A stretch of DNA of 64,000 bases from a virus. The notes below the pieces were generated by a model, which did no database searches, was not told the DNA's origin, and saw only the letters and a list, made by a program, of their open reading frames with translations. Where the stretch lies: IMG/VR virus record IMGVR_UViG_3300042924_005659; one strand, given 5' to 3'. The stretch's first letter is position 1. Every line of letters starts with the position of its first letter. The translations under genes were made by a program, and so were the position numbers. Below are positions 61,938 to 64,000 of the stretch, in pieces.

Positions 61938-63131
61938 TCAATATCCGTAGATTGAGTATTTTACCTTCGCTGTGGCTTTAACAGAAGCCTGACTTTCATT
62001 TATAGTCAAAGCGGGAACTATCTGGCTGTACGAAGCTTTAGTGTTAAAGCTAAAATTTGCTTGGTTTATTGAAGTCGCTGGAACGTCTATATTTGTAAAT
62101 ATAAGCACCTTAACATCGACTGGCAGCATGGTCTTAAATGCTTTTAAAGCCGCTGCTTGAGGCCCCTGAATATCGCATTTAATAATTACCATCGAGCTGG
62201 CTATTGCCGAACTGCGTCCGTATTTAAAAGTCTTAGGATCTCTATATACGGCCGGTATATCGGCTGCTAAGTATATATCCTTATCGTGGAGTATCTGCAG
62301 CCGAGAGTCTAAGGGCGTACCTTGAGGCAGTATCTGGTTTATTTTTATAGGGTTAGACTTGTAGGCAGAGGTTGCATAAGCTCCGGAGTCTGTAATGATT
62401 AGAGCTAAGCCTTGCTGAAGTTCAAAGACCTCGACTGTTTCGTCTTTTTGCGTAACAGGAGTGCCGGAACAGGATCCTAGCATGTTCAGCATGTCTAAAT
62501 AGGTAGGTCCGTAAGTACCAAGCCTCCACAGATACTTAAACGGAACTTTTGAGTAGACCTTATCCGACAGCTGAATTCCCAACGCGTAACCAAGCCTACT
62601 GGTTGTAAAGCCTGCCTCCCTAACAACATTTCTGGCATATAGCGTTACTTCCCTATTAGCTCCCTTTTCTGTGTCCTCAATTGTTCTCAAGGGCTTTTGA
62701 AACTTAATGACTCCTGCTTCCAACTTATAGTCTATGCCTTGCGTAAGAACTTTGGTTGGATTACTTACGTCATCGTATAAATAGGGAATATCCAATACGT
62801 CGGAGTCTATGACGTAGGATATTCTGCTGTTGTCCAGCTGTCCATATGCGTACATAACTCCAGACAAACCATACTTTTTATTGAAGTCTCCGTACACGAT
62901 TGGACTTTGCGTGTATGCACTAAATACTATTTTAGTCCATACGTGAGTTTGCCCTGCAGGTATTTCCTGGTTGCCTACGGATCTGACCAATTCCGTAGCA
63001 GCTCGCTCAGACTGTTCGTGGTTTGACAAAACCCCCTGAAATAACTTTTTCAGTAGCTCTTTGCTACCAAATAGCCGACTCCAGAATGAGCCTAGTAGAG
63101 CCAGAAGTTGTCTAGGGTATAAGCTGTTCAT
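61938..63131 (-). CDS. putative baseplate wedge protein
   Basis: LLALLGSFWSRLF N-terminus; KTMLPVDVK C-motif; follows the J-like gene. Confidence 0.55.
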   Translation of the reverse strand: MNSLYPRQLLALLGSFWSRLFGSKELLKKLFQGVLSNHEQSERAATELVRSVGNQEIPAGQTHVWTKIVFSAYTQSPIVYGDFNKKYGLSGVMYAYGQLDNSRISYVIDSDVLDIPYLYDDVSNPTKVLTQGIDYKLEAGVIKFQKPLRTIEDTEKGANREVTLYARNVVREAGFTTSRLGYALGIQLSDKVYSKVPFKYLWRLGTYGPTYLDMLNMLGSCSGTPVTQKDETVEVFELQQGLALIITDSGAYATSAYKSNPIKINQILPQGTPLDSRLQILHDKDIYLAADIPAVYRDPKTFKYGRSSAIASSMVIIKCDIQGPQAAALKAFKTMLPVDVKVLIFTNIDVPATSINQANFSFNTKASYSQIVPALTINESQASVKATAKVKYSIYGY

Positions 63132-64000
63132 CTACGGCATTCCACAACGGCAATGTCGACCAACGCCGACTCTAGGAAGAAGGCTACCGTATTCTGAGTC
63201 AGTCCTCTGCTGGGCATCTTCGGCGGCTTAAGAGCATCGGACGAGTAGATAATGTCCTTTTCCAGCTTTTGTCCAATTACGACAGCGTACAGGTGAACTG
63301 GCAGATCCACGGTATATCCAGAAGGAATATTCTGGTATGCGGTATGAATTAGTGCACTGGCCGGAATGGATTGGCCCATCTCGAAGGAGTTAAACTTCGA
63401 TACAAGGGCGGCCTTCAATGCAGCCATATCTGGATCCTGAGCTCCCGCAGGTTTGATCAATCGCATTTCCAGACTGCACATAGCTGGAATAGGAGCGTGC
63501 ACCAGAACGTCGGCACTGAGGCTCCGCTCGGCAGCCGAGTCAACGTAGCCCTGGATCTCAACTATGTTTGGCATCTTGAGATACTCGACATAGAAGTAGA
63601 AGAAGTCTACGAACCCTTCGCCAGTATTTAGAAATAGATTGCAGGGACCCGTTGGTGCCGTAGGGGACGGAACTACACTGGAGGTCTCAACATACTCGTT
63701 GGCCAACCAAGGATTGGGGTTTCCCAGGCTGCCATTCTCTATCAGGCCCAGAGCAAGAGGAGTAGCGGCTTCCTTGATGTGCGGATATGGCACTAGGAAT
63801 CTAATAGTGGCCTTTTGATAAGCCGTAAATGCTGCGGATTCCGGCCCTTGTACCAAGTGCAGCGAATTACCTTCTAGCGTACGAACATCGGAAACCAGCT
63901 CGAGCCCTGCCTGCTGAGAAAGCGTGGACTTAATGTTTTCTACTGAGTACATTCCTGCCGCTTTAGAGGACGGCAGTACGATTTCAAAGAGAGCCTCCTG
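63128..64000 (-). CDS. baseplate J-like protein, C-terminal part (5' end beyond window)
   Basis: Frame stays open from 63952 to 64000; IQGYVD..RS..ADVLVHAPIP; FNSFEMGQSI. Confidence 0.65.
   Translation of the reverse strand, partial: QEALFEIVLPSSKAAGMYSVENIKSTLSQQAGLELVSDVRTLEGNSLHLVQGPESAAFTAYQKATIRFLVPYPHIKEAATPLALGLIENGSLGNPNPWLANEYVETSSVVPSPTAPTGPCNLFLNTGEGFVDFFYFYVEYLKMPNIVEIQGYVDSAAERSLSADVLVHAPIPAMCSLEMRLIKPAGAQDPDMAALKAALVSKFNSFEMGQSIPASALIHTAYQNIPSGYTVDLPVHLYAVVIGQKLEKDIIYSSDALKPPKMPSRGLTQNTVAFFLESALVDIAVVECRR

Noticed and set aside
1-64000. Many long opposite-strand ORFs in the track (e.g. 2319-3032, 13952-14701, 27265-28071, 34218-35294)
   Set aside because: Antisense shadows of motif-bearing genes; no motifs or RBS of their own
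1-64000. Stop-codon reassignment as seen in some large phages
   Set aside because: Conserved genes are full length under the standard code, and TAA, TAG and TGA all end ORFs
1-64000. CRISPR array, DGR, IS, intron, intein or homing endonuclease
   Set aside because: No spaced repeat array, reverse transcriptase or transposase seen; RNR, PolA, DnaB and TerL have ordinary lengths without splice motifs

Overview
This is a densely coding 64 kb segment of a large tailed dsDNA phage (Caudoviricetes, myovirus-like from its baseplate genes). About 80 CDSs, nearly all on the minus strand, with two plus-strand islands (38763-40688 and 43559-47461). Left (1-22 kb): accessory and nucleotide genes, including a MoxR AAA ATPase + VWA-metallopeptidase pair, RuvC, GroES, a lipoprotein with C-terminal TM helices, class II RNR, an isolated tail-fibre gene, a degenerate ThiF/E1-like protein, ThyX and a dATP/dGTP diphosphohydrolase-like protein. 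Centre (22-38 kb): replication and recombination operon with RecA-like, SSB-like, family A DNA polymerase carrying an N-terminal UDG-like domain, ClpS, primase, DnaB-like helicase, UvsW-like helicase and SbcC/SbcD. Right (38-64 kb): large terminase, an 890-aa Zn-finger protein, putative head-internal proteins rich in K-x-A motifs, a Cys-rich/glycosyltransferase module, and tail/baseplate genes running off the window edge. I found no tRNA, rRNA, CRISPR array, IS, intron, intein or integrase, and no recognisable capsid, portal or sheath gene in the window. A Planctomycetota-like host is a weak inference. All family names come from motif recall, not searches. Most interesting candidates: (i) a shared leader peptide and K-x-A repeat system in putative head-internal proteins; (ii) a catalytically dead E1-like protein beside an orphan tail fibre; (iii) a perfect 17-bp hairpin burying the start of an acidic protein gene; (iv) a periplasm-spanning lipoprotein; (v) a Cys-rich tail plus glycosyltransferase module; (vi) head-to-head genes with overlapping starts.
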